A stretch of DNA of 64,000 nucleotides, taken from positions 512,001-576,000 of the forward strand of contig CAXXFV010000016.1 in the NCBI GenBank assembly GCA_963674595.2, read 5' to 3'. Shown here piece after piece: positions 10,904-20,973 of this stretch. Made by a program: the position numbers and the translations under genes. The notes below the pieces were generated by a model, which searched no databases, was not told where the DNA came from, and saw only the letters and a program-made list of their open reading frames with translations. The stretch is from a bacterium. Its GTDB lineage: Bacteria > Zhuqueibacterota > Zhuqueibacteria > Residuimicrobiales > Krinioviventaceae. Positions within the stretch are counted from its first letter, which is position 1. Each line of letters begins with the position of its first letter.

Positions 10904-11740
10904 TTATAATTGTGAAAGAATTTGAATTAAATTTTTACAACCGCCGTTTTTGAGAAACTCGGTATGTTCTTCAATATTCTTAAAGCATTGCCCCGTTATG
11001 TTGTTACATAGTATTTCATAATTAGTTGCAGCGTAGAATGCTTCCATGTTTTGATCAGCATAAGGATCTTTATAAGTTATTTTTTCCTCTTGTTTTCGAA
11101 TCCGTAAAAGTGTTTTCATCCAAACTGCGGCAGCCAAAGCACCGCAGGCATTACCGCTGAGTCCATAACCGCCGGCAAATCCAGCCACCATCACCATTTC
11201 TTCATCCGTAGCCCCCATTTTTTTTACGACCTCAGAGGCACAGCTCATTGGTATTTTGGGAAAATCCGAATTGTCCGGTACAAGTCCTGCCCTGGCTGCC
11301 TGAATGGCATCCGGCGCCCATTTTTCTGCCATATTAAAACAGGAAAGAAATTTACCTGAGAAAAAATATTTTGCCATGCTTAATTTACTGGACCAATCGC
11401 ACTCGGTTATATCTTCGCAATCCGCGCTTTTTGCTTGGGTTAAAAACGATTGTAAAATATGCTGTGTTGATTTTATTGTCATTCCAATGGCCTGGTCCTT
11501 GTCATCAAACCTTCGAAAGGCCTCGGCACCGGCAGCCAATGAGGAACCCCACAACATTCCGCACTGATAGCCTTGCTGGTATATTCCGCCTGCCAGGGGA
11601 TCAGCCGCGTGTTCTTCATTTTCTTTTAAATGTCCAAAATCACGGTTTAGAATATAAAAAAATGTCCGGGAGCAACTGCCCAATTTTCTAAAAAGTTTTT
11701 TTACATCATTTTTTTTCGTTGTCACAACTATGATCTCCAA
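10904..11740 (-). CDS. C-GCAxxG-C-C family putative redox protein (two tandem domains)
   Basis: GSCS...GG...QCGMLWG...DCEDIT and MSCA...GG...ACGALAA...LCNNIT...GC. Confidence 0.75.
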   Translation of the reverse strand: MEIIVVTTKKNDVKKLFRKLGSCSRTFFYILNRDFGHLKENEEHAADPLAGGIYQQGYQCGMLWGSSLAAGAEAFRRFDDKDQAIGMTIKSTQHILQSFLTQAKSADCEDITECDWSSKLSMAKYFFSGKFLSCFNMAEKWAPDAIQAARAGLVPDNSDFPKIPMSCASEVVKKMGATDEEMVMVAGFAGGYGLSGNACGALAAAVWMKTLLRIRKQEEKITYKDPYADQNMEAFYAATNYEILCNNITGQCFKNIEEHTEFLKNGGCKNLIQILSQL

Positions 11741-11955
11741 AATTAGTTGAATGTCAGAAACTCATATTTTAATGTTACAATTAAAAATGTACGTAATTTA
11801 ACGATAAATGTTACTGAATACTATTGATGTGAATAAACGATGATTTGCAAGGGTTGTAAATTTTTTTGATTAATTAAAAACAACGTAATTGGTGGTTATT
11901 TTTAGGCAGGTTTTTAGTAAATTTATTTATTATTTTTTAAATTTAAAAATTTGAT

Positions 11956-12858
11956 TTAATGCATATTGGGTATTGTTAATTTTGTCATAAATCCATTGTT
12001 TGTTATATATTCCACTTTGCCGGAGAGTTGTTTTTCAATAATATCACGTACCAGACCAAGCCCGACCGAACTTTTTAGCGTATCCAGTTTTGGGTCTATT
12101 TTCCCGGTCCCATTGTCGGAAATATTTATTTGAATGCGGTTATCAGTGTTCTTTATTTTTAATTGAATTGTGCCTTTTTGCCCACCGGGAAAAGCGTGTT
12201 TAATAGAATTTAAAAGCAGTTCTGTAAACACAAGGCCTACAAATGTACCTGTTTTTTGATTTACGTTTACGGTCGAATTTCCATAAATAATATCAATGTC
12301 ATTAAACCTGCCGCAACTGTTTAATACCCCAATACCAACTCTTGATAAATATTCTTTCAAGTCAATAAAGTACCCCTGTTTTTCAAAAGAAAGAAGGTCG
12401 TGGCTGTTGGAGATAGCTATGATCTGCGATTCAATCTCTTCAAGGGCTGTTCGGGTTTCTTTGTTTTCAACAAGTTGAGATTTTATGGATGCCAGTGAGT
12501 GGATCAATGTCAGGTTGTTTTTTACCCGGTGGTTCAATTCTTTTAATAAAGCAATTTTTTCGTTTAGCTGATAGGATAGTTCCGCTTCTGCCATGCGTGT
12601 TTTTTCCAGTTGTTGCTTTAAACGATTGCGGAGAATAGCTGACCGAATACCCATAGCAAGGGTCAGGAAAAATGTTGCCGCAATGATTTCATCTATTTCC
12701 CATGATTCATGTTGCCGGCTCCATTCAGAGAACCATTCGAAAAAGTCCAAATAGTTTGCAATAACCGTGATGATTATTGTTGTTAACGTAATTATGACGA
12801 CATCTTTACTTGGCGTATATTTTATTCTAGTTTCCTGTTGACCTTTTTGATTCCTCAT
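11956..12858 (-). CDS. Membrane sensor histidine kinase (HisKA_2)
   Basis: 2 TM; KELNHRVKNNL; ELLLNSIKHAF; DNGTG. Confidence 0.85.
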   Translation of the reverse strand: MRNQKGQQETRIKYTPSKDVVIITLTTIIITVIANYLDFFEWFSEWSRQHESWEIDEIIAATFFLTLAMGIRSAILRNRLKQQLEKTRMAEAELSYQLNEKIALLKELNHRVKNNLTLIHSLASIKSQLVENKETRTALEEIESQIIAISNSHDLLSFEKQGYFIDLKEYLSRVGIGVLNSCGRFNDIDIIYGNSTVNVNQKTGTFVGLVFTELLLNSIKHAFPGGQKGTIQLKIKNTDNRIQINISDNGTGKIDPKLDTLKSSVGLGLVRDIIEKQLSGKVEYITNNGFMTKLTIPNMH

Positions 12859-13112
12859 AATTTATTGTCTCTCAGGAGGTTGATGTTTAAATTTCAGCGC
12901 CTGGTTATCGATATAATCACAGAAATTCGTTTGTATAATGGTGGAACCCGTTCTTTAGAAATGTATTTATATGGCTATCCCAAATTCCCTGCCGTCTTGC
13001 CTATATTAAATGATAATACAAAATAAATAAAAATAGAGCAAGATTTTTTTATCATCAACATTTAATAATTTAACTATTGTTATTTAAAAAAATAGTAGAG
13101 GAGAATATTTTC

Positions 13113-13155
13113 TTGACAAATTTGTTAGATTTTTCTATATTAGTGGGTGCTTATA
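13113..13155 (+). promoter_or_regulatory. Sigma70 promoter (TTGACA-17-TATATT) with overlapping ArsR-type operator TATTAG-n6-CTTATA
   Basis: -35 at 13113-13118, -10 at 13136-13141, inverted repeat at 13138-13155. Confidence 0.65.
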
Positions 13156-13185
13156 TTGTTATTAGTAATCGTGAATATATTATGT

Positions 13186-13479
13186 ATGAATAGTAATGAA
13201 ATAGTGAAAATTTTTAAAGCCTTATCTGTTGATTCACGATTACAGATATTGAAACTTGTTAAAGACAAACAGTTGTGTGTCAATGCAATAACCAGGCAAT
13301 TAAATATAAGTCAGCCTGCTGTATCGCAGCATTTAGCGATACTTAAAGAGGCAGGTTTGGTTACAAATGAAAGGTACGGATCTATCATACATTATAAAAT
13401 GAACATAAAACGTCTTGATGATTTTAAAAAAAGTGTACAAGAATATCTGGGTGATGAGTTTATAATATTAAAAGAATAA
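13186..13479 (+). CDS. ArsR/SmtB family transcriptional repressor
   Basis: FKALSVDSRLQIL...LCVNAIT...SQPAVSQHLAILKEAGLV. Confidence 0.9.
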   Translation: MNSNEIVKIFKALSVDSRLQILKLVKDKQLCVNAITRQLNISQPAVSQHLAILKEAGLVTNERYGSIIHYKMNIKRLDDFKKSVQEYLGDEFIILKE

Positions 13480-13496
13480 AAATTTTTTGCCATAAA

Positions 13497-13514
13497 TATA
13501 AGTAGTTGCTTATA
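13497..13514. promoter_or_regulatory. Second ArsR-type operator TATAAG-n6-CTTATA
   Basis: Perfect 6-bp inverted repeat matching the site at the arsR promoter. Confidence 0.55.
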
Positions 13515-13552
13515 AATAAATAAGCAATTAATAATATAATTAGGAGATTATT

Positions 13553-13705
13553 ATGTGTAAAACCAGTAAAAAAGAAGCCTGCTGTCAAAATCCTAAAGAG
13601 CTCAAGGGTGATAGCAAAAATTGTTCAAAAGAACAAATTCAACAATGTCATGGCACTAGTAAGGATCACCCATGTTGTAATAATAAAAAGGAGAACCGTG
13701 AATGA
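13553..13705 (+). CDS. 50-aa Cys/His-rich, metallothionein-like peptide (not in the ORF track)
   Basis: AGGAG RBS; MCKTSKKEACCQNPKELKGDSKNCSKEQIQQCHGTSKDHPCCNNKKENRE; stop overlaps the next ATG (ATGA). Confidence 0.75.
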   Translation: MCKTSKKEACCQNPKELKGDSKNCSKEQIQQCHGTSKDHPCCNNKKENRE

Positions 13706-14067
13706 AAAAGTATTATGTTGTTTTTATTTTAACTGTTGTTTGTGCGCCTATTATTTTTCTTTTTTATCTAAAGAACGATTTGGTCTGTGCACCAAGGGCT
13801 ATTGTGTCTTCAGCATTATTTGGCGTTATACCGTTAATATTTTTGACTGTTGCTATTTTAAAAGAAAAAAAGATTTTCTATTATTTTTGTCTAGCTACAC
13901 TTTTATTTGAAGTTATCATTACACCCGTCATTATGGTGAAAAGATTGGGTTGGGAAAAATTTTTTAATGAAAGATTGCTCGCCTTTTTTACATTTGAAGG
14001 AATCGCTATATTCCAAATTTTACTTGTTATTCTTATTCTATTGGTCTCTAATAAAAAAAATGGATGA
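13702..14067 (+). CDS. Hypothetical membrane protein (about 4 TM)
   Basis: AAGGAG RBS; hydrophobic helices. Confidence 0.7.
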   Translation: MKKYYVVFILTVVCAPIIFLFYLKNDLVCAPRAIVSSALFGVIPLIFLTVAILKEKKIFYYFCLATLLFEVIITPVIMVKRLGWEKFFNERLLAFFTFEGIAIFQILLVILILLVSNKKNG

Positions 14068-14154
14068 GTAAATTACACATACTGTCGAATGCCAAGATAT
14101 AAGCGTAAATCGGTCGTTAGTGTTTTGGTGGAATGAATCCAGCAGAATGGTTGC

Positions 14155-14197
14155 CTGTTTTTAGGTATGTTGTTTTAAAATTCATACCTAAAAACAG
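14155..14197. terminator. 15-bp perfect inverted repeat, likely terminator between convergent genes
   Basis: CTGTTTTTAGGTATG-n13-CATACCTAAAAACAG. Confidence 0.6.
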
Positions 14198-14256
14198 TTT
14201 ATGCCTGCGAGAGAGGAATAAAATATGTTTTTTTTCAAAAAGGTAGGTTATTAACA

Positions 14257-15438
14257 TTAAAATATTTTATCTTGAATATCTTTAGGAACATTAGGAATGA
14301 TCATTGGTTTCCAACCATTACGCAGTGATTCCGTAGCAGCGCAACCGGTGGCAACACTCATTCGTCCTGCCAGGGGAGTTGCCACAGGACGCTTTCCATC
14401 CAAAAGCATATCGATAAAATCTTGGCAAATTTGCGGGTCTGCACCACCATGTCCGCCGGATGCTTGTTTTATCGCCAGGTCATGGTCGCACAGGTTGTGC
14501 CATCGGTTTGACCTGTCACGCAGTTTTATGGTAACTTTGGAACCATCGTCCAGGTTCTCTATTCTTCCTTCGGTACCGATAATGGTATAATTGCGCCAAT
14601 AGTCCGGTGTAAAATGGCATTGCATGTAACTCGCACGAATACCTCGGTCAAGTTCCATCATAACAATGCTATTGTCTTCCACATCAATCTCTTTACGGAA
14701 AACGCATAAATCCATTTTATTGTCTGAAGCATTGTCTTTATAGTAATATTCCACGCAGCTTTCTTTTTCCGGGCAATTGATACAATGAAGATCGTTGGAT
14801 TTTTCTCCACCATAATAATCCAGCCCGCCGGATGCAGCCACTTGTTTTGTGTATTGGCCGGTCAGCCAATGTATCATATCGATGTCATGGGATGCTTTTT
14901 GTAATAACAGCCCGGTTGTGTTTTGCCGGGTGCCGTGCCAGTCGTGATAGTACCAGTCACCGCCAAAGCCCACAAAATGACGTACCCAAACTGCCTTAAC
15001 CTCACCAATGTCGCCGGAATTAATAGAATCTTTCATGACCCGAAATATGTTCATATAACGCATATTAAAACCGATCATAAACTGTTTGCCTGAAGCAACC
15101 CAGGCTCGAAGCATATTATCACAACCGTCTATTGTAAGGGCCATTGGTTTTTCTGTAAAAACATGTTTTCCGGCTTGAAAAGCATCACAGACATACTGTT
15201 CATGGGTAAAGTCCGGGCTCATTACGGCTATTGCATCAATGTCGTTCCGGTCGAGTAATTCCCGGTAATCATTCGTCACATAGCCTTTTTCATTAATGTT
15301 TTTATGAAACCAGTCCAATGCTTCAGCAGAAGGGTCCGCCGCCCCAACCACAACCGAACGGCCTTTTGGATCGTGCCAGTGTTTGGCGATTTCACCCCGC
15401 CCTGAAGCCCCGATAACACCTATTCTTATTTTAGTCAT
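14257..15438 (-). CDS. Gfo/Idh/MocA family oxidoreductase
   Basis: IGVIGASGRG; GKHVFTEKPMA; GFNMRY; KASHDID; GHGGAD. Confidence 0.9.
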   Translation of the reverse strand: MTKIRIGVIGASGRGEIAKHWHDPKGRSVVVGAADPSAEALDWFHKNINEKGYVTNDYRELLDRNDIDAIAVMSPDFTHEQYVCDAFQAGKHVFTEKPMALTIDGCDNMLRAWVASGKQFMIGFNMRYMNIFRVMKDSINSGDIGEVKAVWVRHFVGFGGDWYYHDWHGTRQNTTGLLLQKASHDIDMIHWLTGQYTKQVAASGGLDYYGGEKSNDLHCINCPEKESCVEYYYKDNASDNKMDLCVFRKEIDVEDNSIVMMELDRGIRASYMQCHFTPDYWRNYTIIGTEGRIENLDDGSKVTIKLRDRSNRWHNLCDHDLAIKQASGGHGGADPQICQDFIDMLLDGKRPVATPLAGRMSVATGCAATESLRNGWKPMIIPNVPKDIQDKIF

Positions 15439-15857
15439 AAATTGTTTTCCGGATATTTTTATGTTATAAATAAAGGATGGAAATTATAAATAATATTTGT
15501 CTTAAAAAATAGAATTTTTTTCAGACTTGAAAATCCAATGATGGTTTTATATTCTATGGATGTGTAATTTTCTTTCAGATGATTTATAGTTTCTATATTT
15601 ATTTTATATTGTGATACAAATGAACTTGATTGTTTGCCATCAATAATTCTAAAAAAATAAAAAGGTTTAACAAGATTTGGGATTCGCCCGGTTCGAATGG
15701 AATTTTGCTTAAATCATTATATTGGGAGATGGAGCCGGTTTTACTCTTTTGGAATTTTAATTTTTGATTTATAAAAGACAGAGTTTATGGTTTTTTGAAA
15801 AATATGTATTTTAAATTTCCCCTTGCCTAAAATTATGCATGTTAACGATCGTTTGTT

Positions 15858-16217
15858 TTATAGATTATCCAGAATCATTTTGATCTGTTCAAATCTTAAT
15901 GGTTTTTCCAGGAAATTAACCGGTTTTAAGCTTAGTGCACGTTCTTTAATAAATTCTGTGGTGTAACCCGTCATAAAAGCAATTGGTATGTTTGGTTGCT
16001 GATCAATGATTTTTTCAGAAGCTTCTATACCATCCATATCGCCTGCAAGGCGAATATCCATTAATATAAGCGATGGACTTTTTTCAGAGGCCACTATAAT
16101 GGCTTTTTCACCCGTCGATACTAATTCCAAAACTTCAACACCGGCTTTTTCCAGGTCCAGTTTTAAACACAATGCAGTGATTGCTTCATCTTCAACAACG
16201 AGAACTTTTTTCTTCAT
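15858..16217 (-). CDS. Single-domain response regulator
   Basis: VLVVEDE, LILMDIRL, FMTG, EKP. Confidence 0.9.
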   Translation of the reverse strand: MKKKVLVVEDEAITALCLKLDLEKAGVEVLELVSTGEKAIIVASEKSPSLILMDIRLAGDMDGIEASEKIIDQQPNIPIAFMTGYTTEFIKERALSLKPVNFLEKPLRFEQIKMILDNL

Positions 16218-16219
16218 AA

Positions 16220-18139
16220 TCAAACTCTTGGTTCATATAATTCTTTCTTTAAATTGATAAAGCATTGAACACCCTGAGAATTTTTAAATTCTATCGTACC
16301 ATTTAGTTGATGTTCAACCAACGAGGTAACAGACTGTAAACCCCAACGAGAATTTTTGTCTATATTGAAATTTTCAGGGAATCCTACTCCATTATCTGAT
16401 ACCTGAATAGTGAGTTCTCTTTTAGGAGTTAATAAAATATTCACCTCTATTTTGCCTTTTCTGTTATCCGGGAACGCATGTTTTAGAGCGTTAATAACAA
16501 GTTCCGTGAGGATAAGGCCAATAGGGACAGCCGTATCAATTAATATTTTTATACTATCGCCTGTCACCGAAAAATCAACCTGAGATGCATTGTAAAGATA
16601 ACTTTGTTTAAAAAATTCAATCATATCCTGACAATATTCCAATAAATCAAGATGAGACAGGTCTTTTGATTCTAATAATTTTTGATGGACTATAGACATT
16701 GACAAGATTTTATTTTCAATATCATAAAAGATATTTTTTGTTTCTTCATCGTCAACCTGTCGTGCATGAATACGGAGCATGGAAGAGATAACCTGCATAT
16801 TATTTTTTGTACGATGATAAAGTTCCCGTAACAAAATTTCTTTTTCCTGGAGGTTATTCTTTATTTGTTCTTCAATGGTTTTTCGTTCAGAAATATCCTG
16901 AATTGCTCCAAATATTTTTTGCACCCGTCTGTTTTCATTTGTTTCTATAAAAAAATGAGCGGCTATATGACCAATTTTACCATCTTTGTATTTTATTCGA
17001 TGTTCAATACTATCACTAAAATTTGTGTCTAATGTTTCAGCAGCTTTTTTAATTTCATTTTTCACAAAGTCATAATCGTCCGGATGAACAAATTTTTTAA
17101 TATATTGGCTGGAAGACATTTTATAACTGCCTGTTTCTGCCAACGACGTCCCAAAAATAGTATAAATATTCGCATTTAAGGTAAACAAATCATTCGAAAC
17201 ATCATATTCCCAATAGCCTAATTTTGCAATTTTCATAGCAATGGATTGTTGTGTCTCTGTTTTTCGAAGAGCTTTTTCGGCGTCTTTTCGTTCACTGATG
17301 TCACAAATTAATATTTGAACAGCCGGTTTGTTCTCATATATGATTGGCAGGGCGGTTCCTTCTATATCAATTGCTTTTCCTGTTACATTGACTAGTTTTT
17401 CTTCAAATGTCTGTGGTGCTTTGGTGTTGCCCGATAAAATATTTTGAATTCTTTCTGCGGCTATATCTCTAAAATCCGGGTGAATAAAATCGAGTAAATC
17501 TTTACCAATGAGCTTTTCAGCAGTTTCTGATCCTAATAATTTGCACCCGGATTTGTTCAAGTATACAATTTCCCCTTCACGGTATACAATTACTGCTCCG
17601 GGGCTAAATTCCATAAGGTTATGATATTTTTTTTCGGTTCTTTCTCTTTCTTGTATTTCAGTTTTCAATTCAACAATTTTTTTGTCAAGTTTATGAAAAA
17701 GCAGATCTCTGTGTTTCATTACAGCATCTAAACCCAGAATGGCCGGTTCTTTTTTTGAAACTTCTTCAACTTCTGCTTTTTGAGCGATGTCACGAATGGT
17801 TGTTAGAAAATCACCTGGGTCCATCGGTTTAATTAAAAATTGATCAGCGCCCAATTGTAAAGCGTATTCTTCATCTTCCTGGGTTGTATAGGTTGCTGTG
17901 TAAAATATAAAAATAATATTTTGCAAGGAGGGATCGCTTTTGCACTTGCGACATAGCTCATAACCATCCATGACAGGCATTAAAATATCGGAGATAATCA
18001 TTTGAAAAGAATTTGTCTCCAATTTTTCCAGAGCTTCCTGACCATTCGCTGCCTGTTCTACCTGATATCCAAATCCCCGTAATAATGTATCGAGCAGTAA
18101 AAGGTTTTCTATTTTATCATCAACAATTAATATTCTCAT
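16220..18139 (-). CDS. Cytoplasmic hybrid kinase REC-PAS-PAS-HisKA_2-HATPase
   Basis: ILIVDD/SDILMP; two PAS domains (FIHPDF, FVHPDD); RELYHRTKNNMQ; NALKHAF. Confidence 0.9.
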   Translation of the reverse strand: MRILIVDDKIENLLLLDTLLRGFGYQVEQAANGQEALEKLETNSFQMIISDILMPVMDGYELCRKCKSDPSLQNIIFIFYTATYTTQEDEEYALQLGADQFLIKPMDPGDFLTTIRDIAQKAEVEEVSKKEPAILGLDAVMKHRDLLFHKLDKKIVELKTEIQERERTEKKYHNLMEFSPGAVIVYREGEIVYLNKSGCKLLGSETAEKLIGKDLLDFIHPDFRDIAAERIQNILSGNTKAPQTFEEKLVNVTGKAIDIEGTALPIIYENKPAVQILICDISERKDAEKALRKTETQQSIAMKIAKLGYWEYDVSNDLFTLNANIYTIFGTSLAETGSYKMSSSQYIKKFVHPDDYDFVKNEIKKAAETLDTNFSDSIEHRIKYKDGKIGHIAAHFFIETNENRRVQKIFGAIQDISERKTIEEQIKNNLQEKEILLRELYHRTKNNMQVISSMLRIHARQVDDEETKNIFYDIENKILSMSIVHQKLLESKDLSHLDLLEYCQDMIEFFKQSYLYNASQVDFSVTGDSIKILIDTAVPIGLILTELVINALKHAFPDNRKGKIEVNILLTPKRELTIQVSDNGVGFPENFNIDKNSRWGLQSVTSLVEHQLNGTIEFKNSQGVQCFINLKKELYEPRV

Positions 18140-18151
18140 GAAATGTTCCTT

Positions 18152-18511
18152 CTACAGATAATTTTGAATTCTTTCAATAAAACTCTCTGGTTGAATAGGC
18201 TTTTCAATGTAATCTGTACAGCCGGCCTCTAATGTTTTTTCTCGATCACCCACCATAGCATAGGATGTAATGGCAATAATTGGTGTATGTTTAAATTCCT
18301 CCAGGGTGCGTATTTTCCGAGTGGTATCATAACCATCCATAATCGGAAGCTGGATGTCCATTAAAATAACATCAGGATTTTCACTTATGGCTTTTTCTAC
18401 ACCACTTTTGCCGTCTGTTGCTTCAACAACCTGATGTCCAAGTTTTTCTATGAGAAATCTCAATAAATATAGATTTTTTTCATTGTCTTCAATAATTAAA
18501 ATTTTTTTCAT
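18152..18511 (-). CDS. DivK-like single-domain response regulator
   Basis: KILIIEDN, ILMDIQLP, AITSYAM, GCTDYIEKPI. Confidence 0.9.
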   Translation of the reverse strand: MKKILIIEDNEKNLYLLRFLIEKLGHQVVEATDGKSGVEKAISENPDVILMDIQLPIMDGYDTTRKIRTLEEFKHTPIIAITSYAMVGDREKTLEAGCTDYIEKPIQPESFIERIQNYL

Positions 18512-20402
18512 TTCCATTCTCCTCGTCCCACTTGAAAGGTAAGGTAAAAGTAAATTCACTTCCCTGTCCGTATTTACTATTAACAAAAATTTCGCCATGT
18601 AAAAGAGTCATAATTTTTTTCGAAAGGTATAATCCCAATCCTGTTCCTTCATATTTTTTTGTTGAGGTCATATCCATTTGTTGAAAAGGTTGAAATAGTT
18701 TTTTTATTTCATCTTCTTTAATACCAATTCCTGTATCTTTTACCATAATAGAAACATTTTTGTTTTTCAAAAGAGCAATATTAATTGTAACAGATCCATT
18801 GTCCGTAAATTTTATGGAATTTCCGGCCAGGTTCATTAATATTTGTTTAACACGTCGTCGATCACTTTCGATATTTATTTTATCAACATCGTTAACAGAC
18901 AATAACAATTCTTTCCGTTCTGCAAGGGGCTGCAGTTCTTTTAAAACTTGATGAACGACATCAGTCAAATTAAATTTTTCAATATCCAGCTTAACTTTTC
19001 CGGATTCAATTTTCGAAATATCCAAAATGTCATTTATCAATTCCAGCAAATGTTTGGAACTGCTTTTTACCATATTGAGTTGTTTTTTTTGTTCCGGGTT
19101 AAGTTCTCCAGCCATTTCCATAAGCAGAATGCCTGTAAAACCAATGATAGAATTTAACGGTGTACGCAATTCATGGCTCATGGAAGCTAAAAACATGGAT
19201 TTCATACGATCAAGTTCTAAAAGACGCTCATTGGCTACTTCCAGTTCAGCCGTTCTTTCAGTCACCATTTCTTCAAGATGGTCCCGGTGTTTTTTTAATT
19301 CCTTTTCAATTTGTTTGCGTTCAGAAATATTGCGAATAAAAACCAAATCGGCTGGTTTTCCCTGGTATGTAACAAATCCCGCATTCACTTCTGCGTCAAT
19401 TATTTCTCCGTTATAGGTTTTAAATCGTGTTTCGTATATAGAAGAAATTTTTTCACCGGACATGCGTTTTTTATAAAACTCCATTACTTTTGGTATTTCA
19501 TCTTCTGATATGAAATTAATAAAAGGAACGCCAATCAACTCTTTTTCTGAGCAATCAGCCATCTCGACAAGGCTGGGATTCACATATCTAAAAACACCAT
19601 CTTGTAAAATTGTAATTCCATCGTTGGCGCGTTCAATCAAATTACGATATTTTTCTTCACTTTCGTGCAATGCAATGTGCGCCTGATTTTTTTCACTATC
19701 GTGAATTTGAATTTGATCAAGCATTTCACAGATACCATCAGACAACGAGCCGATTTCATCGTCACGTTCTTTTACCGGACGAAGAGAATAATCATCGGTT
19801 GTTGATATTTTTTTCATCGTTTTCAACAATTTTCGGATTGGATTGGATATGGTTTTTTGGGTGAAAAGGGCCAATATCCAGGACGCAGCCATACCAACCA
19901 GGAAAATATATAAAGTGGCAATTTTGCTTTTGAAAATAAGTTCGTTATACGTTTTCATGTCGTAGCGAATGGATATAAAGCCGATGGTTTCATTTTCGTA
20001 AACAATAGGTTTTGACATGATTAAAAAGTTTTTATCCTGCATAAAAGTTTTGTTTGGAGGCGAATCAAGCTTGAAATTTTGATAGCCGGTTTTGCTGTAT
20101 TCTGCAAATAGTTCACCATCTGCATCATGAATCCAGGCATTAACTACTTGCTTTTCAACTTCCAAAGTGGAAAGAATGTTTTTTGCAGCACCCTTGTCGT
20201 AAAAATGAAGAGTAGATACACTGCTAAATCCTGTTAATTCCGTAATTGACGATAGCTCTCGTTGAATTGAAGCCAAATAGAAACGACTGTCTCTTATTAG
20301 GTAAAAGATGCTATAAAAAAGTAAAATCGCAAAAGTGGCCGCCAGTTGAAGAATTATCAACTTTTGTTTAATAGAGTATCGGTTTAAATATTTCATTCCC
20401 AC
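18489..20402 (-). CDS. Sensor histidine kinase: periplasmic CHASE8/YfiN-like sensor, HAMP, PAS, HisKA, HATPase
   Basis: 2 TM; DDYSLR..DEIG HAMP; SMSHELRTPLN; GTGLGL. Confidence 0.9.
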   Translation of the reverse strand: MGMKYLNRYSIKQKLIILQLAATFAILLFYSIFYLIRDSRFYLASIQRELSSITELTGFSSVSTLHFYDKGAAKNILSTLEVEKQVVNAWIHDADGELFAEYSKTGYQNFKLDSPPNKTFMQDKNFLIMSKPIVYENETIGFISIRYDMKTYNELIFKSKIATLYIFLVGMAASWILALFTQKTISNPIRKLLKTMKKISTTDDYSLRPVKERDDEIGSLSDGICEMLDQIQIHDSEKNQAHIALHESEEKYRNLIERANDGITILQDGVFRYVNPSLVEMADCSEKELIGVPFINFISEDEIPKVMEFYKKRMSGEKISSIYETRFKTYNGEIIDAEVNAGFVTYQGKPADLVFIRNISERKQIEKELKKHRDHLEEMVTERTAELEVANERLLELDRMKSMFLASMSHELRTPLNSIIGFTGILLMEMAGELNPEQKKQLNMVKSSSKHLLELINDILDISKIESGKVKLDIEKFNLTDVVHQVLKELQPLAERKELLLSVNDVDKINIESDRRRVKQILMNLAGNSIKFTDNGSVTINIALLKNKNVSIMVKDTGIGIKEDEIKKLFQPFQQMDMTSTKKYEGTGLGLYLSKKIMTLLHGEIFVNSKYGQGSEFTFTLPFKWDEENGNEKNFNY

Positions 20403-20411
20403 TCCATTATC

Positions 20412-20960
20412 TTATTCGATTAACCGCGTTGCCAATTTTAAAAGTTCTGAACTGGGCTGAAAGCCTGATTTTTTCATGGCTTGCAGGTTAATTTCGAACT
20501 TTATGGTTTTATCCAGGATCAAAAAGTTTATCATAGCGCCATTGGTTAGAGCGCCATCAATTTCGCTTACAATTAAGATATTTTTATTTTTTACCTTTTG
20601 TATAATTTTATTTAATTGTGATTTTTCTGATTCTGGGATAAATAATATGTTACAATCGTTAATTTGATCAGGGCCCTCCACCTTTGTTATGTTAATTGTC
20701 TTTTTTGCAACAATTTTTTTTCCGGCAATTTGTTCCAGCGGCTCAATAATTTGACTGTTTCCGAGTATGGTTATGTTAAAAGTATTTTCATCTTCGATTG
20801 AGTGCCAGGTTAGATATTTTGTAAAGTTGTAAAGAAAAACAGCTTTTAAATTGTAAGCATATTCCGGATTTTGAGCTGGTAAAGCTGAATAACCCGGATT
20901 TACACAGCAAAAAATATAACCCAATGACAGAAATTTTATAAGGTTAAATTTATTTATCAT
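20412..20960 (-). CDS. YfiR (DUF4154) family periplasmic protein
   Basis: LKAVFLYNFTKYLTW...CNILFI...GAMINF...IKFEINL...SSELLKLA. Confidence 0.85.
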   Translation of the reverse strand: MINKFNLIKFLSLGYIFCCVNPGYSALPAQNPEYAYNLKAVFLYNFTKYLTWHSIEDENTFNITILGNSQIIEPLEQIAGKKIVAKKTINITKVEGPDQINDCNILFIPESEKSQLNKIIQKVKNKNILIVSEIDGALTNGAMINFLILDKTIKFEINLQAMKKSGFQPSSELLKLATRLIE

Positions 20961-20973
20961 AAATGCTTCTCGA

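Noticed and set aside
13608-13910. 100-aa ORF from the track
   Set aside because: It overlaps two better-supported genes (13553-13705 and 13702-14067), each of which has an RBS.
15679-15740. tRNA suggested by GGTTCGAAT
   Set aside because: The T-stem does not pair and no cloverleaf can be formed.
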